NCBI GenBank assembly: GCA_963801605.1
Contig: CAWDFP010000006.1
Coordinates: forward strand, 1,696,001 to 1,760,000
Direction: 5' to 3'
DNA length: 64,000 nucleotides
Origin: an uncultured candidate division Zixibacteria bacterium
Lineage (GTDB): Bacteria; Zixibacteria; MSB-5A5; UBA10806
A model generated the notes under the pieces. That model was not told where the DNA came from. It saw nothing but the letters and a program-made list of their open reading frames with translations, and did no database searches. This document shows positions 1 to 10,686 of this stretch, piece by piece. Position 1 is the stretch's first letter; each line of letters opens with the position of its first letter. A program made the position numbers and the translations under genes.

Positions 1-1
1 A

Positions 2-1159
2 ATCGAGGGTCTTCTTGATTTGGCGGGGTTTTATATCAAGGTCAACAAATTGGATAAAGCTCTGGGGACCTACTCCGAAGCTGCCGCTCTTGACTCGACC
101 GATATAAGAGCGGTCGTTGGCATAGCCTCGGTATATATAGCCAAGGCCGATACAGCAAAATCGGACAGCATTTATTTTTCCATTGCTCAGAAAAATTGGG
201 ATGATACCGCCATGCTCGGCTCTCTCACCTCTTTGTTTTTCAGTCTGCATAATTATGAATATGCTGAAAAACTCGCTGCCCGGGTAGCTGAACTACTGCC
301 AGACGATCTCGATTCCCAAAGGCGATATGCGATGATCGTTTTCGGCAACGGAAAATTCGCCCAGGCGGAAACTCTTATGACCGCTCTGGAGCAAAAGGGC
401 GGAGCCAACGCAGCAATCTATTATTACCTGGCCCGTATTAAACAGGAAAGCAAAGATTATCCGACTGCGGAAAACTATTTCCGGAAATCACTTTCGCTGG
501 CGGATACCGTTACCGATACCTGGATTAACCTGGCCCTGGTAGTTAATCAGCAAAAGCGCTACCCGGAATCACTTGAGATAATGGGGGAGGCCATGCGGGC
601 CGTGCCCCAGGATTCCGATGGAATTATTTTCTATACTGCTATTATTCATTCCCAAAACGAACACTACGATTTGGCCAAAGAAGGCTATCTGAGGCTGCTA
701 AAATCAAAACCTGATGATATCGGCTTAAGATTCAGCCTGGCGTCGATGGATGAGCGATTGGGCAATATTGACGAGGCCGAACGGGGATTTAGATGGGTAA
801 TCCAAAAGGAGCCTAAAAATGCCATGGCTCTTAATTATTTGGGCTATATGTATGCCGATCAGGGTGTCAAACTCAAAGAAGCCAAGGGACTGCTCGAGAG
901 GGCGTTGGCAATCGATCCCGAAAACGGCGCATACCTTGACAGCTATGCCTGGGTATTGTATAAATTGGGAAAATATGATGAAGCGTTAGTCGAGATGAAA
1001 AAAGCCGTTAAAACCGAACTGGAAGATCCGGTAATTTACGATCACCAGGGTGATATCTATTCCGCCCTGAAACAGGATGATTTGGCCCGGGAAAGCTGGG
1101 AAAAAGCGTTGCAACTTAGTCCAGATGATCAAGCTATTCGCGCCAAACTAAACAAGTGA
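2..1159 (+). CDS. Multi-TPR protein (5'-partial)
   Basis: Frame is open from position 2. Repeated TPR helices include the common C-terminal block 'ALNYLGYMYAD...PENGAYLDSYAWVLYKLG...DHQGDIY'. Confidence 0.9.
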   Translation: MEGLLDLAGFYIKVNKLDKALGTYSEAAALDSTDIRAVVGIASVYIAKADTAKSDSIYFSIAQKNWDDTAMLGSLTSLFFSLHNYEYAEKLAARVAELLPDDLDSQRRYAMIVFGNGKFAQAETLMTALEQKGGANAAIYYYLARIKQESKDYPTAENYFRKSLSLADTVTDTWINLALVVNQQKRYPESLEIMGEAMRAVPQDSDGIIFYTAIIHSQNEHYDLAKEGYLRLLKSKPDDIGLRFSLASMDERLGNIDEAERGFRWVIQKEPKNAMALNYLGYMYADQGVKLKEAKGLLERALAIDPENGAYLDSYAWVLYKLGKYDEALVEMKKAVKTELEDPVIYDHQGDIYSALKQDDLARESWEKALQLSPDDQAIRAKLNK

Positions 1160-2835
1160 AACTATCCAATCTATTTTTCGGGCTGTTTGCCTCAAGTCTA
1201 ATACTTACCTCTTGCGCCGTTAGGGAAGCCCCTCAGGGTGGCCCCGAGGATAAGACGCCTCCGAGCATCATGGATATTGAACCTGCCGATGGCAGCACCA
1301 TGTTGCCGCTCGATGCATCATTTAAGGTTACTTTTTCCAAAGGAATGCAACAGGAAAATACGCAAAGCGCTATTTTTCTCTCTCCGGTATTCTGGGGTTA
1401 TCCCGGATTTAAGTGGTCCGGCCGGACACTGAGTGTTATCCCTCCGGAAAATCTAAAAGCAAATACGACATATATTCTGACCATTGGAGCCGGAGCGATT
1501 GATATTCATGGGAATAAAATTGGCCAATCCCGAAGCTATGCATTTTCAACCGGGCCGGCGATCGATAGCGGCTCAATCTCCGGAGCAATTTTTTCTACGG
1601 ATGGCCAGCGTATCGTTTACGATATTTGGGCCTACAGCCTGGGTGATACAGCGGTATCGAATTTTTGGAAGAGGATTCCCGATTATGCAACTCAGGTTGA
1701 TTCCACGGGAGGATTTAAGATCGAGCATCTGGGAAACAATCGCTATCTAATTCTCGCTATCAACGATAAAAACGATGATCTTTTCTGGGACCCATCATCC
1801 GAGGAGCTTGGCCTACCACCGGGAATCCTGAAATTGACAGGGGCAGAAATACCTAAGGGGATTATCTTCAGACCTGCTCGACGGGACACCTCAACATCCT
1901 ATATTACCAGAGCAGTTCCTCTTAGTAATCAGCGATTGGCGGTAGAGTTTTCTCAGCAACCCGTTAAGGAATTGATGTTGAATTCCAAATCTTATCTTAT
2001 CAGATATAGCGATTCCCTGCTAAATTTCGGGACTCCCTATGTTGGTGAAGGCGGAGCTCTGATTCTCGAAACAGACAAGCAAATTCCCGGACAGAGCTAC
2101 CAGCTCATTCCAGTTGCCCTGATTAATACCTGGGGCATGCCGTTCGATACCACTGGCATAAGATTTACAGGAATCGCACAGGCAGATACGTCGGCTCCCA
2201 GGCTATCATTAATATTTCCACCTGACGGCTCAACCGGAGTGTATGAGGATAGTGTTGTAGAATTGACCTTTACTAAAAGAATCCAGGTATTGACATTTCC
2301 GACGGCTGTTTCGGCCGTGGCTGATTCAACTGATACGCTCCGATTCGTTTCGACTTGGGTCACACCGAATCAAGTCCGATTGCGCTTTCCAACGCGAATT
2401 CCCCGGGAACGAAAGATTCATCTTGTTTTATCGCCCAAGAAAATTATCGATATTTTTCAAAATCCGATGGCTGATAGCGCCCTGGCTTATAGCTTCAGGC
2501 TTCCGCCTGCCGATACCGCCGGCAGCGTTGTTGCATCCCTCGAAACCGGGCAAATCGGGAATATAAACGGTCTTTTATCCCAATATGGGCGTGAAGAGGA
2601 GCCCTATCAGGGGCGTTTTGATCCCTCCGGACAGCTAAACCTCGATTTTATAATGCCGGGTATTTACAGATTTGAATTTTTCGATGATAGCGACAGCAAC
2701 GGACAATGGTCGCCCGGTGATATTTCACCATTCAGGCCGGCCGAAAGATTTTCATTCCTGGCCGATACAATCAAAGTCCGCTCCCGTTGGAGTACGGATA
2801 TTGGAGCAGTGTCGCTTCCCGAAATCAACCGCTAA
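1156..2835 (+). CDS. Lipoprotein with bacterial Ig-like (Big_5-type) domains
   Basis: Lipobox LTSC followed by 'A..P.GGPEDKTPP', an Ig-like beta-rich body and C-terminal 'D.D.NG.W.PG...AE..L..I.VRSRW', typical of this FCB family. GTG start overlaps the upstream stop. Confidence 0.85.
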   Translation: MKLSNLFFGLFASSLILTSCAVREAPQGGPEDKTPPSIMDIEPADGSTMLPLDASFKVTFSKGMQQENTQSAIFLSPVFWGYPGFKWSGRTLSVIPPENLKANTTYILTIGAGAIDIHGNKIGQSRSYAFSTGPAIDSGSISGAIFSTDGQRIVYDIWAYSLGDTAVSNFWKRIPDYATQVDSTGGFKIEHLGNNRYLILAINDKNDDLFWDPSSEELGLPPGILKLTGAEIPKGIIFRPARRDTSTSYITRAVPLSNQRLAVEFSQQPVKELMLNSKSYLIRYSDSLLNFGTPYVGEGGALILETDKQIPGQSYQLIPVALINTWGMPFDTTGIRFTGIAQADTSAPRLSLIFPPDGSTGVYEDSVVELTFTKRIQVLTFPTAVSAVADSTDTLRFVSTWVTPNQVRLRFPTRIPRERKIHLVLSPKKIIDIFQNPMADSALAYSFRLPPADTAGSVVASLETGQIGNINGLLSQYGREEEPYQGRFDPSGQLNLDFIMPGIYRFEFFDDSDSNGQWSPGDISPFRPAERFSFLADTIKVRSRWSTDIGAVSLPEINR

Positions 2836-2887
2836 TAAATATTGACATATTTTGACAATTGCATATCTTCTGCCTGAGGCTACGAAA

Positions 2888-5800
2888 ATGGCAGCGAGAA
2901 CCAAATTGGTAGCGGCCTCCCTATCTGCAATAGTACTCTTCTACGCTTTTGGGGCGCTTGCCGCAAATCCGGATGTTGTCTACCAGACGACCTTCAGTCC
3001 CAGAGTTCCGATTCTGGGAAGTGTTAAAATACGTCTGCAAAACGACAGCATCAGCCCTATCCTGATTTATGGGCAGGATTTGAACGGCAAACGCTGGCCA
3101 CTTGCATTTAGCACTTCTCGACGAGATATAATCATCAATGCCAATCCCGTTCCATTTGAAATGGCGGATCTATTTCTGGTTTATAGTACCAAGTTACACC
3201 AAAATAGGATCGATAGGGCTGCGGTATTTGTCAACAATATTGAGGCCCCAGGAGAGTGGGACAATCCGGAACCCTTGATTAACGGCGTTCTCACCGATGT
3301 TGTCGATTCACTTTCATTCGGGTTGGTCGGAGTCGCTGATACTCATTCCGTATCTTTTACCGTTAATAATAACCCCATTAGTGATTCCGGAGCCGTCTGG
3401 ATCATTTTCCCGTCAGGATTCGATATTTCAAACGTCGATGGCGTTCTTTATTCCGATAATGACACCACAAATGACGGGGAAGAATATTACCCGATAATTG
3501 AATCTGTCTCAGCCAACGAACATTCGCTTTTATTTCAATTTGCCCCATCGCGTCAGCAAGCATCTCCACTATCCCGAATTAACTTAAAATTCTGGCCCGT
3601 TATTAACGATACGGTAGCTCAAAGCTACACAGTCATAGTGATGACCACTAATCGAGCCGGAGAAATCGATAATGATCCGGCGGAGTCGCAATCATTTAAC
3701 CTTGTCCCTGAATCGCTTGATCGTATTAGCATCAATCCCGATACTGCCATGACACTTCGGGCGGGAGCCATAATCAATTTCACGGCATCCGGTACTGATA
3801 TATATAATAATCCGCTCCCAAACCTGCTTTTCGATTTTAATATCACAACGGATTCCTGCGGGAATATTGCCGCTGGGGCATTTCAAGCCTTGAAATTGGG
3901 AAGCACCTACGTCACTGTGTCGGCTTTGGGCCTTACGGATTCATCTGGTTTGATTACCGTTATACCCGGACCGTTGGATCATTTTAATTTTACGGGATAC
4001 CCGTCGCAGGACACCGCCGGCCGAACCTTCCGTCAAAATATTGTAGTTGAGGCCAGTGATGCCGAAAACAATCGCAAATATGACTACTACGGTTTGCTGT
4101 GGTTTAATACTGGAGACAATATCGACGATCTCCCGTTCAGAATCGCCAACCCCGATTCCTTTACAGTCCTCGATTCAGGTAGAGTAGAATATCCCGGAGC
4201 AGGTTTCTCACTTAAAAGAGCTGGTATCAGGTATATCCACGCCACCAATGGCAGCATCGAGGCGGTTTCGCCTCCGATAAGAGTCTTTCCCGCGGCCATA
4301 AACAGCTTCAGAATATCGACCGGAACTTCCCATACGGCAGGTGAGAGTTTCCCTGTTTTGGTTGATAGCGCTCTTGATGCTTATGGGAATTTGACATCGG
4401 GAGAAGTTGTGGTTTCCGATTCGACCGGCGGCGGAAGTTCACCCGGACAGCATTCCTCCGACCTTTAATAGCATTATCGTTTCCTCATCGGGAAATGGCA
4501 GCGCCCTGCAAACCCTTACCAATGCCGTTCCAACTTCCCTTAAGGGGGTGTCGGTTGGAGCTGGTATTCGAGCGGCTACTGCAGAATTTCAAGTGGTGCC
4601 CGGTGCTGTGGGGCGATTCGAACTGGCCGGATATCCTGACTTGGTTGTTGCCGGCGATCCCTTTCCTCCAACCAGAGTCAATATTTTTGATATTTTGGGA
4701 AATATTAAGACCAATTTTGATGGTTGGATTTATTTTGAATGCGACGATCCACAGGCAATACTCCCTTGTGTTATATCATCGCCCTGTCATCTACAGGGTG
4801 GAGTCTACAATGTCCCCGCAGGCGCCATATCGCTTCGAACCGCAGGCGTACAATCTATTGTGGCCACGGATGGAAGTCATTCCACTCCGTCAAATGCTAT
4901 TCATGTCGCTCCTTCAACTATCAGCCAATTTACTCTTACAGCCACAACATCTATAGCGGCAGGGACTCCCTTCGGCGCATCCGTAAGCGAAGCCCGAGAC
5001 ATTTGGGGAAATTTATCAAATGGTACGATAGCCATTTCTGCGGCTTCGGGCGGCGGACCGTCGCCAAATGGCACTTTACCGAATTTTGCTCCTGTTACCG
5101 TCGTATCCGGATTAGGAATTGCCTATCAAACCTTATACAATGTTAATATCACGGTTCTCAGGGGAACACTCGATAGCATATCCGCGCTAACCGATCCGAT
5201 TTCAGTCGGCCCGGGCGCCTTAGGCGGTTTTGATTTGACGGTTTCATCGCCTCAAGTGACCGAAATACCTTTTAGAAATGCGGCCGGGCTAACCGCGCGC
5301 GATCGTTATGGCAATTTGAAAACCAATTTTGATGCCTCTCTTGATTCCGTGGTAATATCATCCACGGGGGGAGGCCTGATGAGCAATAATATTTTGCGAT
5401 CTCCGGGCGATTTTATAGGCGGTATCGCTAATCTGGTAAATACGGGCACTACCTATCATGGTCCCGGCGGTTTAATGTCGTTCCGGGCAACATCCCGTTC
5501 AGGTAATTCCGGCTTATCCAACCAGGTTGATATGAACGCCATCCAGTGTTCAAATTTCATTATCGATCAACTTTCGGTAGCTCAGGGCGATACCGTAACC
5601 GGTACTATCTCGGTAGATAATGTAGCCGGTAGAAATGTCAGCATCACAAATCTATATGTGTTCGATGGCACTGGATGGTCACCGCAGCTCGAACCTGATT
5701 CTCTGTTACCCGCATTATTGGCCCGGACGAAACTAAAATATTTGGATTCCGACTTCCAATTCCGGATATCCTGCCGATAGGAACGCACTATCTGATTGCA

Positions 5801-8800
5801 GCCGCGCACGGCGCTTATGACCAGGACGTGGTTTCCGATACTCTGTCTGCTTTCCCGGATTCGGTTCAGGTAAGAGCCCGATCGATCATCTCATATGTTT
5901 CCGGTTCTCTGCATCCTGATACGCTCTCTTCCGGTTCCACTTATTCTTTGAATCTGCAACTTATAAATGTTGGAGCCGCGTCGCTGGCCCTTTATGATTC
6001 CTCATATATTTATTTTTCCGACGGTTCGAATAATTATAAAGCCGATATATCGGCCCCGGCTTATTTGACTCCAAATAATCCAGTTCTCATAACATTTGAT
6101 GCGGCGCTCGTCCCGCCAGGATTTACTCCCGGAACTTACACTCCTGTTTTCCAATATTTTGCCAATGAAAATGATCATTTCCGTTCGGGACAGGTTATTT
6201 TATCTGATCAGATACTAATTCAAAGCGCTCCTGAGATTTCATTTCACGGCCAGCTCAATATCCACAGCCTGGTCGCAGGACAAATTGTTTCGTTTGCTTT
6301 GGATGTTCTTAACAGCGGCCAGGCGGATTTCATCATTAACCATCAAGCCACCAGAATATCCCTCAGCGATTCCCAGCGTGAGTTTGTCGCTTATTCCGAC
6401 ACAACCAATGGAGTAAGAACGGATACGCTTCATAATGGGGTAACGACATTCCATTTCGCGCCAACGGAATTTCCATCTAATTTCACATACCGGTATGTAT
6501 CTTCCTTTAGTTACCTTTGACGGACGGCAAAATGGTTACGACACGAGCTTCACTTTCTATCTCGGGATCGATTCTGTATGGGTAATGTCTCCGGCTCTGA
6601 TACGCATCGATTCAACTAATACCATTTCTCGTAACGCACCTTTTGTAAACATTGCTCAGCCCTGCTCGATCAAAGTTACCATTGAAAATTTGGGATGGGA
6701 AAGGGCTGACTCCTTTTATATTCACCTGGCCACCGATGGCGCGTCTCAATTTCCAGATTCCATGCTTGTATCTTCGCTCGATGGCCGCCATAATCAAAAT
6801 ATCGTATTCCACTTAGCCGCTGGAGCATCATCGAATCCCAACGAGATCTTTAATAGCTCCGTTTCCGGAGGAAAAGGAAACTTAAGCGGGAATCCCCTCC
6901 AAATCGGGCCCCCGCTCGATAATAATGCTCTCCTGATTACTGAAATTCCAGCCGACTTAGCTCTTTCTTCAATTAATATCATTGGTCCGCCCGGTGCTCT
7001 CGATAGCACTATCTCCATCGAACAGCCGCTTACTGTTTCGGTTACGGTGCGAAATTTGGGTGAGGCCGATATTTCCCAACCAAGAATTCTGACTCTATAT
7101 CCGGGGGATGCCAATTGGGGAGTTGATTCTCTGCAGCGCGATTACATTCTTGGCCAGCCGGTGATCTGGCATCTGACTGCGCCCCCAATCGCTGTGGATT
7201 CCGCAGGGTTTTCGATCGGAATCTCCGGCAGCCCAATAGACTTGAACGACGGCTCGCCGGCCATCGGACCGAACGGTGTCTCGCTGATATGGTTTGCTAT
7301 AGAAAACAGAGCATCGATAGACCACTCTGCTTCAATTACGGAGCCTGCCGGAGCCGCTGACGGTATATTGTCAACGGATCAAACTATCATCGTTCGCGAC
7401 ATTTTGAGTCCGCACGGACTTTACCGAAGCAAGGCTGTTCAGTTAATCCTTCCCGACGGTTTCACAACTCAGGATTCGCTTGTTAAATATCCATCATCAG
7501 ATACAGCATTCTGGCATCTGCGGGCGCCTTCCGCGGCCACTGTCGATACCGCTAATATCGCATGTTGGATTTTTGACCTCAACAGGGGAGACTCATCAGA
7601 AGCGCCGTCTATTTCAATTCCACTTACAGTAGTCGATGCCGCTGAGCTTCAAATTTCGACAAGTATCATCGGCCCGCCGAGCGCTCAGGATGGTATCATC
7701 GAACCTGGCGGGCATTTTCAGTTTGAGGCCATGGTTAGGAATCTCGGTCAATCCGGAGTCAGCGCCGGCAGGATGACTATTCAAACCGGACGCTCCGATA
7801 TTACCACTGATATTTACAGCAAAAACTTCGTAGTTGGAGAACCAATCGATTGGACTATTAATTTGCCCAACGAGGAAATTCCGTTGCCAGTCCCGATTTG
7901 GGTTACTATTGATTCCATCCCAATCGAAGAAAATACAAATTTACCGGCTCACGTTTTAATTGATTCCGCCGGCGTTTCGATAGTAGTCAGAGAGCTTTTC
8001 CCCAGACTGGTGCTGGCGGGTATTACTTCGAATCATTCAGGTTCAGCTTTCAAAGGTCAGCAGTTGGGTTTTGCAACTATCGATCTACAAAACCGTGATT
8101 TCGGCGGCAATTTTGATATTGGAATAATGAGCCTTTCGGTAATAGTCAACAATAATCCGGATTTGCCTGCCGGACAGCTTCTTTCCAGTGCGACTTTAGG
8201 ATTCGGTTCTGAAAGCACTATCTCCGGGATATTCCAGGGCGATACGATCCTATTTAGTCAATTTGATACCTTGATGTTAGGTCCATCGCAGACAATATCC
8301 TTTAATCTTAATTTTGAAATTAATCCCGCCACTTCAGTTCGAGATTTTACCGTCCAATTTGCCTGGAATTTTGTGCAGGCCGGGGTGTTTGAAAACGGCA
8401 CATTTGTGGAAAATATAACGCCAGTTATGCCCCGGGGCGAATCGGTAAGTTGGCAGAGTGAACCATCAGCGATACTTGAGCCGAACTTTACGGCATCGCT
8501 TTCCAGCTATCCTAATCCTTTCAGTCCTCAGGATGGCGGTACGACAATTGGATATTTTCTACCAGCAGCTTCAAATCTTGAAATTAGGATATTTACCCTC
8601 TTAGGCGAACTGGTTTGGACTAAAACTATATCAGCAGCCGATCCGTTAGGCGCTGCCGGTCTCCATAGCGGTTCAAATGCGCTTCTATGGAATGCTACCA
8701 ACGATGTCGGCAACGAAATCCGCTCGGGTGTTTATATCTGTATGGTTAGAAATTTAACTTCAGGGGAGGAGGCAAAATTCAAAATCGCAGTTGTAAAATA

Positions 8801-8801
8801 G
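2888..8801 (+). CDS. Giant (~1,970 aa) secreted Ig-repeat surface protein with C-terminal FlgD/T9SS-sorting-like domain, split by three single-base indels (~4443, ~5722, ~6488)
   Basis: Four consecutive ORFs join by single-base shifts. Repairing the first junction gives TGGGSSPDSIPPTF, paralogous to downstream SGGGPSPNGTLPNF. Signal peptide follows ATG 2888. C-terminus reads 'SYPNPFSP..TTIGYFL..IRIFTLLGELV..WNATND.G..IRSGVYIC..KIAVVK'. Confidence 0.8.
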
Positions 8802-8806
8802 CGCTT

Positions 8807-10627
8807 TTGGCTGTGGGATTTATCCTTTCCCTGACCTCTCTTGCTTTTTGCCAGGGTGACGCCGGACGCGAGTCGCCGTTTTCGCTGGGTGCCGGCGCTC
8901 GCGGTATGGGTATGGGACGGTCGTTTGTCTCGTTAGGCGGGGATGCGTCCTCCGCATTTTCTAATCCGGCTGCAACCGCGACGATTGACCGTAGCGAGTT
9001 CATGGCTTTTCACACCTCGCTATTTATGAGCACCAATTATGATTGCCTGGCGCTGGCTCATCCGATAGGTGTTCTGGGAGTCTTTACCGTTTCGGCTGGA
9101 CGGTTAGGGACTGGTAGTTTTACCGGACGCGATGCATATAACCGTCCCAACCAGGAAATTTCCGCATCCAATACGCATCTGGGTTTATCATACGGCCGTG
9201 ACGTAGGACGCGGTTTTGCCGCTGGCCTAACGCTAAAGGGAGTGGGGCAAGAGATTGGAAACAACTCCGGATACGGGTTTGGCCTGGACCTGGGCTTTCA
9301 GTATCGTCCAACAATGGCTAAGGGGCTGATTTTAGGGGTAGCATTTAACGATCTAATTCGTCCAAGTATAAAACTAATTAATATTAAAGATAAATATCAA
9401 ACCGAATCACGATACGGCATTTCATATAACAGGAAATTTTCAACCAGTGTTGCCGCCACCGGGGTATTCGAGGTTGATAAAATCTCGGGAAGAAAAACGC
9501 ACATTCACCCTGGCCTGGAATTTGCCTTCTATAACGATTACGCCCTTCGTATAGGTTATGATAAAGATCGCCCCACATTCGGGGCCGGTATCGCCTACAG
9601 CGTTTTCCGTCTTGATTATGCTTACGAGGATATTCAGTATCTGGGCGGAAGTCATCGAGTTTCTTTGAGTATCTCTTTCGGCAAATCGGTTCGACGCAGT
9701 CAGACTGAGTTAATTGCCGAAGCAGTCCAGAGCGAAAAAGCAAACTGGCAAAAATCGCTCGATGAGAAAAAGATGTACGATTTCGCCGCTTACATATATA
9801 CCGCGGACAGCCTTCGAGGCCTTAATCAGTATCAGGATGCCATGTTTTTCTATGAACGCGCCCTGGCGTCTAATGAAACATCGACCCGCGCCCGTACAAT
9901 GTCTGACAGCATGATGACGCTGATTGTTGCTAATGCAGCATCTACCGCCCGCGATCAAAAGCGAGAGGACCTCATATCCAAAAGGGTTACGGCCGCGCTT
10001 GATGATTTCAAAGCGGGACGATTCAACGAAGCTATCGACCAATATGAATTGGCGCTTGAAATCGACCCAATGAATAAAAATGTTTCGGATCTGTTAAGTT
10101 CGGCCCGCGCCACTCGCCAGACGGAAATTGATAAAACCAGAGCCAACGCTCATTCCTTGCAGGCTAAAGGAGACTTCCCCGGCGCTCTGATCGCCTGGAA
10201 TAGGGTTTTGGTGCTGGAGCCGACTGATCCCGATGCTCTGAGTAATATCGAAATTGCAAAAAAGGCGATTAATGTCAACTCCCTGATGGCATCGGCGATA
10301 ACCGCTATGAGCGAACAAAGATATTCCGATGCCGCCACTTTATTACAGCAGGCTCAAACAATCCGGCCTAACGACTCTACCATTAAATCGCTTTTAGCCG
10401 AATCGAAAGCCAAGGCCGCACCAGTTACCAGCCTGGCCGATATCAAAGCTAACTCCGAGAACTGGGCTACCTACTTAAGTGGGCTTGAAAGCTACCAGGC
10501 AAGCAACTATAAAAAGGCGCTCGAAAGCTGGGAAAGCCTTCAGCAGTATTATCCGAATAACCCCGATCTTGAAAAGAATATAAATCAGGCCAAACAGAGA
10601 CTTTCTACCGAGGGCGGGAAAGATTAG
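8807..10627 (+). CDS. PorV/PorQ-family outer-membrane beta-barrel fused to a C-terminal TPR region
   Basis: 'LGAGARGMGMG...NPA' FadL/PorV-like N-terminus. The barrel ends at 'RLDYAY....LGGSHRVSLSISF' and is followed by ~310 aa of helical/TPR sequence. Confidence 0.8.
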   Translation: MAVGFILSLTSLAFCQGDAGRESPFSLGAGARGMGMGRSFVSLGGDASSAFSNPAATATIDRSEFMAFHTSLFMSTNYDCLALAHPIGVLGVFTVSAGRLGTGSFTGRDAYNRPNQEISASNTHLGLSYGRDVGRGFAAGLTLKGVGQEIGNNSGYGFGLDLGFQYRPTMAKGLILGVAFNDLIRPSIKLINIKDKYQTESRYGISYNRKFSTSVAATGVFEVDKISGRKTHIHPGLEFAFYNDYALRIGYDKDRPTFGAGIAYSVFRLDYAYEDIQYLGGSHRVSLSISFGKSVRRSQTELIAEAVQSEKANWQKSLDEKKMYDFAAYIYTADSLRGLNQYQDAMFFYERALASNETSTRARTMSDSMMTLIVANAASTARDQKREDLISKRVTAALDDFKAGRFNEAIDQYELALEIDPMNKNVSDLLSSARATRQTEIDKTRANAHSLQAKGDFPGALIAWNRVLVLEPTDPDALSNIEIAKKAINVNSLMASAITAMSEQRYSDAATLLQQAQTIRPNDSTIKSLLAESKAKAAPVTSLADIKANSENWATYLSGLESYQASNYKKALESWESLQQYYPNNPDLEKNINQAKQRLSTEGGKD

Positions 10628-10686
10628 TCTTTACAGGGCTGTCCTGTGCCCTTAAATTTGTATAATAGAGGGGGCGGTATAAAGTT

